Source: Fidelibacterota bacterium UBA7303
Lineage (GTDB): Bacteria > Fidelibacterota > Marinisomatia > Marinisomatales > UBA1611
Length of the DNA: 38,514 nucleotides
NCBI GenBank assembly: GCA_002471805.1
Contig: DKQR01000066.1
Location: forward strand, 1-38,514
Reading direction: 5' to 3'
A program made the translations under genes and the position numbers. Below, one piece after another: positions 24,406 through 33,270 of this stretch; the first letter of the stretch is position 1; every line of letters begins with the position of its first letter. The notes under the pieces were generated by a model that had not been told where the DNA came from, made no database searches, and worked only from the letters and a program-made list of their open reading frames with translations.

Positions 24406-25803
24406 TTATTTATATGCTATATCCCAGGATCCGTCAGCAATAGGGATTGCCATTCGATTTGTTCCCATTTTATAGTTATGTACGGTAAGCCATTTTGATT
24501 TTTTTGAATCTGTAACTTCAATGGATTCGAGGACTTTTTTATTTATTGTTACAGGGAAGTGATGAGTTAACTTTTCCAATTTTAATGGTAATTCTTCTGG
24601 ATTGTATAGGTTTTTCATTTCCTCATATATCCATTTATCCACCCATAATTCCAACTCCCTTTTAAACATAGGGATTTGATCAATTCGTTTTTCTAATGCA
24701 GTCTTGGCCAGAAAATCATCTCGGATAAACCAGGCAATCTCTAAATTAAATTTTTCTTTCATAGCATTTTTATTACGATAGTCGTTTCGTAGTATTGAAA
24801 AATCAAACGAATTAACAAATTCTTTAACAGTTATTTCACCATTAATATAGGTTATAAGCGGTTTATTAAACTCATTTTCCACTATTGAATTAGATTGACT
24901 TTCTCTTAAATATTCGACAAATAATTTTGACTTTGCAGAATTATCATTTAGCCATGCCCAAACCACTTCAGATAGGATATTAAACGTTTCCGATTTTGTA
25001 CGTACATCTTTTGGAGTCATAAGCGAAGAAACATATTCTGTTGTGGCTGCAGAAAGTTTATTCTGGAATAAGATCTTTTTAAAAGAGGCTGATTTTGAAT
25101 GATATTCTGATTCTAAAACACCTGCTCTGCGAATATCTAATACTTGAAAAATCCAATATTTTTCACCAAAAAGAATTGGCAAAGAAACTTTATTAATAGG
25201 CAAGTCTCGGATTTTTTCCATTAGTTCAGGAGGTAGGTTAAGCCAGGACATATAACCTGTTTCAAATTGATCTGAAGTAAGATTGATATTAGAATTGTAG
25301 GAAATAATATTTTCAAGAAATAATTTAAATCCCACCTCATTAATATTTTTGTGTGCTCTATTTGCCATTTCCAAATTTTGTTCATTCCAATAACGTAGAT
25401 TGAAATCCACTTTACTTTTATTGATGGCATCTTTTATTTCATTTTCAGAGATTAAGATTGAATTGTTTATTTCTTCTTGGATAAGATATTCAATTAATAA
25501 ATCCTGAGTTAAATTTGCTTTTTTATTTTGGATACTTTTCTGCTTATGGATGTTTTTTGCATATCCATCTAATGATAGAAGTTTTTCATTGATCATGGCA
25601 GTAAGATAATTTCTTTTGGGATTCCCAACTGATTTTAAATGGGCAAATCCAAACTCATAATTGGCAAGAAATTCTTCAGATGTAATCACAGCTGGTCCAA
25701 TTTTCGCAACGATATTATTCCCGATATTTGTTTCCGCTAAAGGACTGCCACATTTAAGAAAAATAAGACATGAGAGAAATAAGAAATAGATTTTATTATT
25801 CAT
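24406..25803 (-). CDS. Secreted hypothetical protein with a SurA-N-terminal-like chaperone segment (function uncertain)
   Basis: I place the start at ATG 25803 (MNNKIYFLFLSCLIFLKCG, a signal peptide), 5 nt after the stop of the upstream gene. The track start at 25860 would overlap that gene. The segment VAKIGPAVITSEEFLANYE resembles SurA/PpiD N-terminal domains. I saw no rotamase motif. Confidence 0.35.
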   Translation of the reverse strand: MNNKIYFLFLSCLIFLKCGSPLAETNIGNNIVAKIGPAVITSEEFLANYEFGFAHLKSVGNPKRNYLTAMINEKLLSLDGYAKNIHKQKSIQNKKANLTQDLLIEYLIQEEINNSILISENEIKDAINKSKVDFNLRYWNEQNLEMANRAHKNINEVGFKLFLENIISYNSNINLTSDQFETGYMSWLNLPPELMEKIRDLPINKVSLPILFGEKYWIFQVLDIRRAGVLESEYHSKSASFKKILFQNKLSAATTEYVSSLMTPKDVRTKSETFNILSEVVWAWLNDNSAKSKLFVEYLRESQSNSIVENEFNKPLITYINGEITVKEFVNSFDFSILRNDYRNKNAMKEKFNLEIAWFIRDDFLAKTALEKRIDQIPMFKRELELWVDKWIYEEMKNLYNPEELPLKLEKLTHHFPVTINKKVLESIEVTDSKKSKWLTVHNYKMGTNRMAIPIADGSWDIAYK

Positions 25804-25808
25804 ATTAT

Positions 25809-26849
25809 TTAAAATACCAGCCCTAAAGAAATCCGTGATGTATAACCCAAAATGCCCCAATCTGCATAAGCGTAATCAAAACGCATAACCCACCGCTTTT
25901 GTAATAACATGTCAATTCCTACACCCAGTGTTAATCCATTTTCTGCATTTTCTTCAAACAGGTTATTATAACCTGAACGAACAAAAAACATATCCTTGAA
26001 TCCAAGCTCAACACCCAGATTAATACTTTCGGTTGTATTGGTAGGGTGCAAAACATCTGCTGTCGTTAGGAGGCTTCCAATCGAACCCAGTTTCTTTTTG
26101 TGTGAAATACCCGCTCTAAAAAGAATGGGCAATGGGTATGCATTTGTTTTGAATGTGCTGGGTATTCTATCTACATTTTCATTATCTTCATCAGGGTCAA
26201 CTGTTGTATCTAGATCACGACCAATGAGTTGTAATTCTGTCCCAAAATTGCTGATGCTCATCCCTATTTGCAGTCCATCAAGTCTAGATTGATAAAAAAT
26301 ACCTATATCTACTGCCCCGGCATTACCTCGAGAATTCCAAATTCTTTCCTCAATGTATTTTAGAGACAGACCAAATGAGAATCGGTCAGTAAGGGCCTTG
26401 GCAAGGGTTAAAGCCAGTGAGTAATCCCCCGCTGAATACATTTCTCCCGTTCCTTCGGGCCTGTTTACTGTTCGGACAGGCTGATCATCGTAATTTAGTC
26501 CTACATAATTAAATCCTATTGTTGATCTATAAATAGATAATGGAATAACAACACCAACAAAGTCGTGGCTGGAATTGATAAACCACTGATTGTGCATGAA
26601 CTCCACCTGAGTACCTTGCAACCAGACAATGTTGGCCGGATTGTAAGAGAGTGCAGCAGGACCATCTATTACAGATGTATAGGCACCACCCATACCCAAA
26701 GCTCTGGCGCTTACTCCAATTTCAAGAAAAGAAGCAGCTGTTGTACCTACGCCGGTTACTTTTGTTTCGAATTGCGCAGAAACAGGTCCTGCTGTAAAAA
26801 TTAGCATAGAAATAATGATAACTGAATGTTTACTCATATTATAATTCAA
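25809..26849 (-). CDS. PorV/PorQ-family outer-membrane beta-barrel protein
   Basis: This is a 346-aa ORF. A signal peptide is followed by AASFLEIGVSARALGMGGAYTSVIDGPAALSYNPANI, which matches the PorV-family N-terminal signature. The rest shows alternating beta-strand-like sequence, and the protein ends in an aromatic residue (LGLVF). Confidence 0.6.
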   Translation of the reverse strand: MNYNMSKHSVIIISMLIFTAGPVSAQFETKVTGVGTTAASFLEIGVSARALGMGGAYTSVIDGPAALSYNPANIVWLQGTQVEFMHNQWFINSSHDFVGVVIPLSIYRSTIGFNYVGLNYDDQPVRTVNRPEGTGEMYSAGDYSLALTLAKALTDRFSFGLSLKYIEERIWNSRGNAGAVDIGIFYQSRLDGLQIGMSISNFGTELQLIGRDLDTTVDPDEDNENVDRIPSTFKTNAYPLPILFRAGISHKKKLGSIGSLLTTADVLHPTNTTESINLGVELGFKDMFFVRSGYNNLFEENAENGLTLGVGIDMLLQKRWVMRFDYAYADWGILGYTSRISLGLVF

Positions 26850-26860
26850 TTATTAATATA

Positions 26861-29800
26861 TTACTTGATAACCGCAAAACGCCCTCTTTTAATTCCATAT
26901 TCAGGTGCATCAACTACATAGAAATAAATTCCATGAGATATTTCCAAACCATCCTTTGTTCGCAAATCCCAGCTTTCTCTCGAATTATTTTCGGTTGTAA
27001 AATGATCCAGTTGACGAACCAATTTTCCTGAAGCAGTAAAAATAAATATTTTGCAATCTTGGGGTAAATTGACAAAATCAATCCGACGGTCTCCCCGGCC
27101 TTCTTCCTGATTGATGACTTTACGCTCTAACGGGTTTACTGAAACATAGGGGTCCGGAACTACATAAATATTATCCATTTCTTTTTTGGCAACATTAGCA
27201 GCTATATAATTCCCTGAGACTTCAATTTCAAAAACATCATTTCTGTCAAATGGCTTGTTGGTTGTGATGGAGTAGATATCTCCACTCTGGGGAAGAGTCC
27301 TTGATGCTGAATCAGCATTGTCTGGATAAGTGAACAACCATTGCCATAAAAAGATTTCATCTTCAATATTATTTACAATTTTGATTTGATCGTTTTCTTT
27401 TAGATAAGGCCTGGTAGGGTCAGTTGGCCAGACAAGTGGAGTATAAATATAGTCAACCTGGAATTCTTCTTCAGAATTTGTTACATCCCAGATCTGAAAA
27501 TTTGTAACAGTGGGTAACGAAATTACGGATGTATCTGCTCCCACTTCACTAACGCGAATTTCATAATCCCGCCTTATCTGTAGACCTCCGTAATCACCCG
27601 TTATATCTGTGGCTGTTAATGAAGAAGTCCCCTGTATCCAGTTAGCCTCTTTCATCCCAGTACCATCATTATGCAGAATAATGTGGATTCCTTCATAAAT
27701 AAATTCTTCAGCCAAAGGGTTCGAATTCGGATCTGTCACTATACCCAGCAAACTATTTTCAGTGGTAGAATACAGTGACATTTGGGAAGTCTGCCCCGTA
27801 AAGTGAGTTGAATCATGCTGCTCAAAACTACCATCATCGTCAAATTGAAGACTGTATCTATAGCCATCCTTTATTTCATTTGGATTGTTGATTATTATTT
27901 CTATGGTCCCTGTCCCAATTCCGGAAACTTTTTCTATTTGAAAGTCTGGTATAACCCAACCAGCCGGTGTTTCTTCAGGAATAACAGCTACGGTATTTCT
28001 GTCGAAGGCAATTGCCCTTCCTAATGGATCAATTTGAATATTGGCACTGCATTCAGTGGGAGAAATATCACTCAAGTTCTGTAATTCTGAGAGGCTTGGA
28101 TAAAAAGATGAATGATGGCCTCGATCAACAGCAACAACAGCATAGTAATATGTCCGGCCATTGGTTACACTGGAATCCACGTAATAATGTTTTAAGTCAC
28201 TGTCAGTCCCCATATTGTATGAAACTCCCAAATCACTATCACTACCCATTTCACCACCAATGTTAACTGGATGAATTCCAGCTAAACCATTCTTAATGTC
28301 ATAAATCGCTTCAGGTTTAAATAGCAAAGGATTACCAAATGCATCTGTAATTGTTTTGATTTCTGTAAACGTTGGGTCGGTACTTTTATATACGTAATAC
28401 GCTTCGAAATCCTGGCCATAAATTGGGTCGCGGGATTTTTCTGCATTTTTATCCCAGGATAAAATTACTTTTTCATCATACCCGGCGGCTTTTACAATCG
28501 GAGTGCGAGGTGGTTTCGAAAAGCTGTAATCCATATCATAAATCATCTGCATGGTACGTTTATTTCGCAAAATATCATCCTGATCATTGCCAAACAGCAG
28601 TGCAATTGCATATCGATGTATCTTTTCATCCCCGGCGAATTCTACAAAACCGCTTCCATATGTCCAGGCGATATCCCGCTGGTATCCTGGTCGTATGGTA
28701 TATGTTCCAGGCTGTATTTCTACATCCCAATATTGCTCATCATCGGCCATTGTGTTATCTACATCGCGTAAATACCAGGATGTTAGTCCAACCTGGTCAG
28801 ATTCATCATTATCTGTAAATTCAAAATCGGGTTCCCCGATATCAGGGATACCATTAGCTTCTCCGATGTCAGGACCAGTATAATCATCATGATTAGGGCC
28901 CAATCCATCAGCCCCTAGATCGTCGTTCAATGGTTCAATATCTAATTCGCCGTTTTCATTAATATCTTCTCCGGGATCCAGTTCCAGATTGTAATTCAAA
29001 TCCTCACTGTCCCAAACACCATTATTATTTTCATCCTCCCATGCTGACCAGTCCCCATCATCGTCGATACCATTATTCTGGCTTTCATCTATCAAACCAT
29101 CCTCATCATTATCGATCCCATCGTTGGCTAAACCAGGACTTTCAAAGAAACCAAATCCAAAATAGCCGGTTGGTAATCCATTGTTAGCTATCCCGGTTCG
29201 ATTCCAGGCATACGTAATGTCGGATAAGTTATCAAAATCTGCATCATCACCACTGAGGGATCCACCCATATCAGGATCTACATACATTCCAACAATACAT
29301 TTATTCAGATCCTTGCCCTCGTTAGTAATATCATAAATCCCTATCAATATATCTTCCGCTAGCCTAGCACTCCATTGATACGTACGTACATCCACTTTTA
29401 TTCCCAGCCCTCTTCGACCATCGGGAAAATCCAATGAATCGCCTTCTATAGGGTAGTATTCAAACTCATCATTTTCCCTATCATCCATTGCGTAAAATGA
29501 TTCTTGATCTGCACGCATGTAGGCACCATATTCACCATTCCAGCGTCCAGCTCTTACACCGGGTCTTGCTTCACCAATTTCACGATCATCTCCCGGATAA
29601 GTTTGGGGAGGCCAATATTCCGGCCAGGTTTCCTTACGGTGACTAATGGCAAACCAGCCCACTTCATTTTGCATACTGATATCCAAAATGCCATTGCCAT
29701 TGAAATCCTCAGCCATCTGCAAAAGACCATCCCCCTCGCCTGAATCGAGAGTATTGGGGATTCCGTCTGTACCTACATCTTCATTTATTCCATAAATTTC

Positions 29801-30313
29801 CGGAACTTCATATGCTTCAGGCTGATCCATATTGAAATATTTTGGCAGGGGCATAAAAGCATAGAAATGAGATAAATCGTTTGATGCTTCGGCAGAAGAA
29901 CGTCGATAATTGTCTGAAATAATATGGATTGTATCTCCATGAGCATCTTCAACTTCTGCGGCAATAAAAAATACCGTTCCATGGATGTATGATATCTTTT
30001 TAGGACCCTTTGGCCAGGAAATAGTTGGACTGCCAGAGACATAATGGTGGGAAATAAGTCCGGAATTGGTAATTCCGCCCGTAATGAGATTTCCATCATG
30101 GATAGTATAACGTAAATATTTATCATGCCCCTCATCATCGGCAAATAACTTCCTATTTTTAAAATCCCGCATCTGACTTCGTGTGCCTTGCTGCTGATTT
30201 ATTAGATAATCATATTTGTCTTTTTCCTGCGCGAAAGATGGAAAAAAGAATAATAGAATAATTGTTATACCAAAAAAATAGCCTTTTAAAAAATTATGAT
30301 TATTATGTATCAT
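26861..30313 (-). CDS. 1150-aa secreted/surface protein with acidic Ca-binding-type repeats, an FN3-like module and a T9SS-type (FlgD-Ig-like) C-terminal sorting domain
   Basis: The signal peptide is GITIILLFFFPSFAQ. An Asp-rich block contains DNDEDGLIDESQNNGIDDDGDW. An FN3-like segment reads KVILSWDKNAEKSRDPIYGQDFEAYYVYKS. The C-terminal 65 aa, DCKIFIFTASGKLVRQL...WDLRTKDGLEISHGIYFYVVDA...RFAVIK, match the T9SS CTD / FlgD-Ig pattern. Confidence 0.75.
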   Translation of the reverse strand: MIHNNHNFLKGYFFGITIILLFFFPSFAQEKDKYDYLINQQQGTRSQMRDFKNRKLFADDEGHDKYLRYTIHDGNLITGGITNSGLISHHYVSGSPTISWPKGPKKISYIHGTVFFIAAEVEDAHGDTIHIISDNYRRSSAEASNDLSHFYAFMPLPKYFNMDQPEAYEVPEIYGINEDVGTDGIPNTLDSGEGDGLLQMAEDFNGNGILDISMQNEVGWFAISHRKETWPEYWPPQTYPGDDREIGEARPGVRAGRWNGEYGAYMRADQESFYAMDDRENDEFEYYPIEGDSLDFPDGRRGLGIKVDVRTYQWSARLAEDILIGIYDITNEGKDLNKCIVGMYVDPDMGGSLSGDDADFDNLSDITYAWNRTGIANNGLPTGYFGFGFFESPGLANDGIDNDEDGLIDESQNNGIDDDGDWSAWEDENNNGVWDSEDLNYNLELDPGEDINENGELDIEPLNDDLGADGLGPNHDDYTGPDIGEANGIPDIGEPDFEFTDNDESDQVGLTSWYLRDVDNTMADDEQYWDVEIQPGTYTIRPGYQRDIAWTYGSGFVEFAGDEKIHRYAIALLFGNDQDDILRNKRTMQMIYDMDYSFSKPPRTPIVKAAGYDEKVILSWDKNAEKSRDPIYGQDFEAYYVYKSTDPTFTEIKTITDAFGNPLLFKPEAIYDIKNGLAGIHPVNIGGEMGSDSDLGVSYNMGTDSDLKHYYVDSSVTNGRTYYYAVVAVDRGHHSSFYPSLSELQNLSDISPTECSANIQIDPLGRAIAFDRNTVAVIPEETPAGWVIPDFQIEKVSGIGTGTIEIIINNPNEIKDGYRYSLQFDDDGSFEQHDSTHFTGQTSQMSLYSTTENSLLGIVTDPNSNPLAEEFIYEGIHIILHNDGTGMKEANWIQGTSSLTATDITGDYGGLQIRRDYEIRVSEVGADTSVISLPTVTNFQIWDVTNSEEEFQVDYIYTPLVWPTDPTRPYLKENDQIKIVNNIEDEIFLWQWLFTYPDNADSASRTLPQSGDIYSITTNKPFDRNDVFEIEVSGNYIAANVAKKEMDNIYVVPDPYVSVNPLERKVINQEEGRGDRRIDFVNLPQDCKIFIFTASGKLVRQLDHFTTENNSRESWDLRTKDGLEISHGIYFYVVDAPEYGIKRGRFAVIK
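26864..27058 (-). other. T9SS-type C-terminal sorting domain coding segment of the 1150-aa protein
   Basis: This covers the last 65 codons. They fit the pattern (I/V)x(I/V)(F/Y)..xGxLVRxL...W(D/N)....G..(V/I)..G(I/V)YFY, and the protein ends in K. Confidence 0.6.
28790..29135 (-). other. Acidic DxDxDG-type (thrombospondin-type-3-like) calcium-binding repeat region within the 1150-aa protein
   Basis: The translation reads NDGIDNDEDGLIDESQNNGIDDDGDWSAWEDENNNGVWDSEDLNYNLELDPGEDINENGELDIEPLNDDLGADGLGPNHDDYTGPDIGEANGIPDIGEPDFEFTDNDESD. The coordinates are approximate, mapped from the GAT/GAC-rich antisense DNA. Confidence 0.5.
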
Positions 30314-30330
30314 ATAAATACACTCAATTA

Positions 30331-33213
30331 TCAGAACTTTATTTCTATTCCAATCTGGACTTTTCGAGGGGAAGAATAATAATCCGGTCTTACATTTACT
30401 TCTTCCATGGTAAAATGACCTTCCTGTTCAAGTCTCTCTTTATCCAGCGCCTCATTTTCCGGCAGTCTGGCTATTTGATCTGCTCTGCCGGTGGACGAGT
30501 GGACGGATTCATGATTAAGATGGTCTAACAAATTGTCTGTTTTAAAAAATATCACCGAATTGAAGTTTAGAAATTTTAAGTGTTTTTTTGCTTGAATATC
30601 TGCACTCCAGCGAATGGGTTTACGCCCTAAATTTCTGTATTCCCGCTCGGCAATATCATACCGTTCAACAAATGACGGGCCATATGGTGTACCACTATTT
30701 AAAAAGGATATGAGACCCACACTCCAATCATTTGAACGGCCTATATTTACATACAGGTTGAGTGTGTGGCGCTGATCCCAGTTCAATGGCAGTACTTTCC
30801 GCTCAACAAATTCCACATCTTCTCCGCCAATTTGTGTTGCTGTTTGAATGAGAAATAATGACTGTGGATCAGAAGAACTCCCATTAGCATATGAGAAAGT
30901 GTAATTAAGTCCTCCGGTCACTAAATCATCGCCTTGACTCAGTAATCCAATTGAAATGCCCTTTGTATTTCCGTGGTCTCGGTTGATAAACCGGTTATAT
31001 CCAACGGCATCGATGGTCGAAACACGTTCAATTCCTAGAAGGTTCCTAAAGTCCTTATAAAAGGCTGTAATGTCCATGGCAATGGAATTTGTAATCCCTT
31101 GCTGGATCCCGATTTCGTAGGCAACTGTTTTTTCCGCTTCCAAATTCGAGTTACCTAAAGTACGTCCTTCTAACTGGAGTTTGTTAAGGACATATAATGG
31201 TTCATTATACATATACTGAAACGCAGGCATTTGAAAGAAATGGCCGTAGGATGCATGAAATGCCCCCCGGTCAGAGATGGGGAAGGAGAGACCCAACCGA
31301 GGGCTGATTTGATATTTTGTGGATGCATCCTTCAGGTTTTGGGGTGACCCAAGATTTTTTGCTTCCGTACGCAGTTTGATTGGATAAACTTCGTTAGGAA
31401 GAAATGCATCCAGTCGGATTCCAGCATTAATAATGATTTCTCCCAATTCTATTTTATCTTGAATGAAGAGAGCCGCTTCCTGCGGTTCAATTGTATAATC
31501 ACGCCATAGGGTGTATTCCGAATCGGCAATAGCTACGTAACGAACTGTATCATAGATACTTTCCCAATCTTTCCAGTAGTCCGCTAAAGTGTCCCAATAA
31601 GCGTCAAACATATATTCATTACCGTCAAGGTCTGATTGATTGGGCCATTGGGAATTTTCCCAGATAGTTGTTTGTCGAACTCCCCGGGAATAGGTATTTA
31701 CCCTATGTTGTTTAAATTCAAATCCTGCCTTAATAAAATTCAGTCGGTTGATTTGCCAATTGATATCACCTTTAACAAGGAACAAATCCCGGTATCCTTT
31801 TCCATCTTTACCGGTGTAAAAGGCATCCGTATTTCCCAGTGAAAACCCGCTGGCGCTGGCACCTATGGGTTGAATGCCAGAATCACCAGGGTAAAATGCA
31901 ATTTTATTATCTTTACGGTAATAGGATTCACTATCATTATGTTGGTAGGAAAGGATGAGATTATAAAAGAAATCTTGTGCTGGGAAATGTTTGAAGGATA
32001 TAATATGAGATCCAGACCAACTGTTACTGGTTGATGCTCCGTCAGGTTGGTACCGGCGCCAACTATCACCACCATAACTGTGAGAAGATGACCCAAAGAA
32101 CTGGTAAATAAAGTTAACTTTTTCCGTTGGAAACCAAGATAACTTTGCGGTAAAGGAATTACTTTGGCCAGTTTGAAGTGGCCCCAGCGCCCCATCTCCT
32201 GTTTTCAGTGAATCGGGAATTAAAATACCCTGAGCAGCAGCATATTCTTCAGGATTGTGCTCCCGAAACCAGCGTTCATAGGCAGCAATCTTCCAACCAT
32301 CCAGGGTATTATAGCGGCGCTCATACCATTCCTTACTCTCCCAGTTATTTCTTCTACCGGAAATAAAAAAACCTAGATTATCAATAAGAAATGGTCCTGA
32401 TAAAGTAAATTGTTGATCACTTTCACTGAATGGGTTAAAATCATTTATACCGAGAAAAATTTCTGATTTGTTGCTGACCCAATCACCCATATATGTTTTA
32501 ATCGTTCCGTGGAATTCACGTTCAATACGTTTGGTAACAATGTTAATAATCCCTGATTGGGCTGAACCATATTCCGCATTGAAGGTCCCGCTAATCACTT
32601 CTAATTCTTCCACCATAGAATTTTCAACGGGAACATTATTGCCTCCACTTTGACTAAATGAATTTGTAACTGGAACACCATCAATGAGGTAAGCAACCTC
32701 CCGGGTACGGCCACCTCGAAAATGTAACCCCCCAGAATTGACCACACCGGGCTGTAGTGAGATAACTTCTGATATTTCTGTTACTGGCATCTGGTCAACA
32801 ATTTCAGAAGTTAATTTGGTAGATGAATGAGTACGGTCTCTTTCGATTACCGGTCGTTCGGCTTTCACAATAACTTCATTCAAGGCAACAGTCTCTTCGA
32901 TTAATTCCACATTTTGAGTTGTTGTGCGATCTACATGAACTTTTAGATATTTTATACGGTAAATTGCATATCCAATATAATGCACTTGCAATTCATAGGT
33001 GCCGGGGGGAACATTAATTATGCTGTAATAACCTTCTTCATCAGTCGTTGCGCCTAGAACTGTCCCTGCCAGTATAACATTTGCGTTAGTGAGGCTCCCA
33101 CCTGTAGCGGTATTTATGACTCTACCAGAAATTTTTCCCGTTGTTCCACCAAAAATCGGATAGGCACATACAATCAATACTAACAAAATATTATTGATAA
33201 GATTCTTTTTCAT
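30331..33213 (-). CDS. TonB-dependent outer-membrane receptor with an N-terminal CarboxypepD_reg-like domain
   Basis: This is a 960-aa ORF with a signal peptide. The CarboxypepD_reg segment is GKISGRVINTATGGSLTNANVILAGTVLGATTDEEGYYSIINVPPGTYELQV. The plug region contains EISEVISLQPGVV...HFRGGRTREVAYLIDGVPV. A long beta-barrel follows and ends in the aromatic terminus GIEIKF. Confidence 0.85.
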   Translation of the reverse strand: MKKNLINNILLVLIVCAYPIFGGTTGKISGRVINTATGGSLTNANVILAGTVLGATTDEEGYYSIINVPPGTYELQVHYIGYAIYRIKYLKVHVDRTTTQNVELIEETVALNEVIVKAERPVIERDRTHSSTKLTSEIVDQMPVTEISEVISLQPGVVNSGGLHFRGGRTREVAYLIDGVPVTNSFSQSGGNNVPVENSMVEELEVISGTFNAEYGSAQSGIINIVTKRIEREFHGTIKTYMGDWVSNKSEIFLGINDFNPFSESDQQFTLSGPFLIDNLGFFISGRRNNWESKEWYERRYNTLDGWKIAAYERWFREHNPEEYAAAQGILIPDSLKTGDGALGPLQTGQSNSFTAKLSWFPTEKVNFIYQFFGSSSHSYGGDSWRRYQPDGASTSNSWSGSHIISFKHFPAQDFFYNLILSYQHNDSESYYRKDNKIAFYPGDSGIQPIGASASGFSLGNTDAFYTGKDGKGYRDLFLVKGDINWQINRLNFIKAGFEFKQHRVNTYSRGVRQTTIWENSQWPNQSDLDGNEYMFDAYWDTLADYWKDWESIYDTVRYVAIADSEYTLWRDYTIEPQEAALFIQDKIELGEIIINAGIRLDAFLPNEVYPIKLRTEAKNLGSPQNLKDASTKYQISPRLGLSFPISDRGAFHASYGHFFQMPAFQYMYNEPLYVLNKLQLEGRTLGNSNLEAEKTVAYEIGIQQGITNSIAMDITAFYKDFRNLLGIERVSTIDAVGYNRFINRDHGNTKGISIGLLSQGDDLVTGGLNYTFSYANGSSSDPQSLFLIQTATQIGGEDVEFVERKVLPLNWDQRHTLNLYVNIGRSNDWSVGLISFLNSGTPYGPSFVERYDIAEREYRNLGRKPIRWSADIQAKKHLKFLNFNSVIFFKTDNLLDHLNHESVHSSTGRADQIARLPENEALDKERLEQEGHFTMEEVNVRPDYYSSPRKVQIGIEIKF

Positions 33214-33270
33214 GCCTTGGTGCTCACAGATAAATATTAATTAATTCTATTCATATTCATAATTATCAAT

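Noticed and set aside
27815-30144. Several ORFs of 69-148 aa within the 1150-aa gene, on the opposite strand or in another frame of the same strand (including 28372-28818, 28587-28883 and 29785-30144).
   Set aside because: The GAT/GAC/AAT-rich sense codons keep the antisense frames free of stops. The products are His-, Pro-, Ser- and Arg-rich and have no structure signals.
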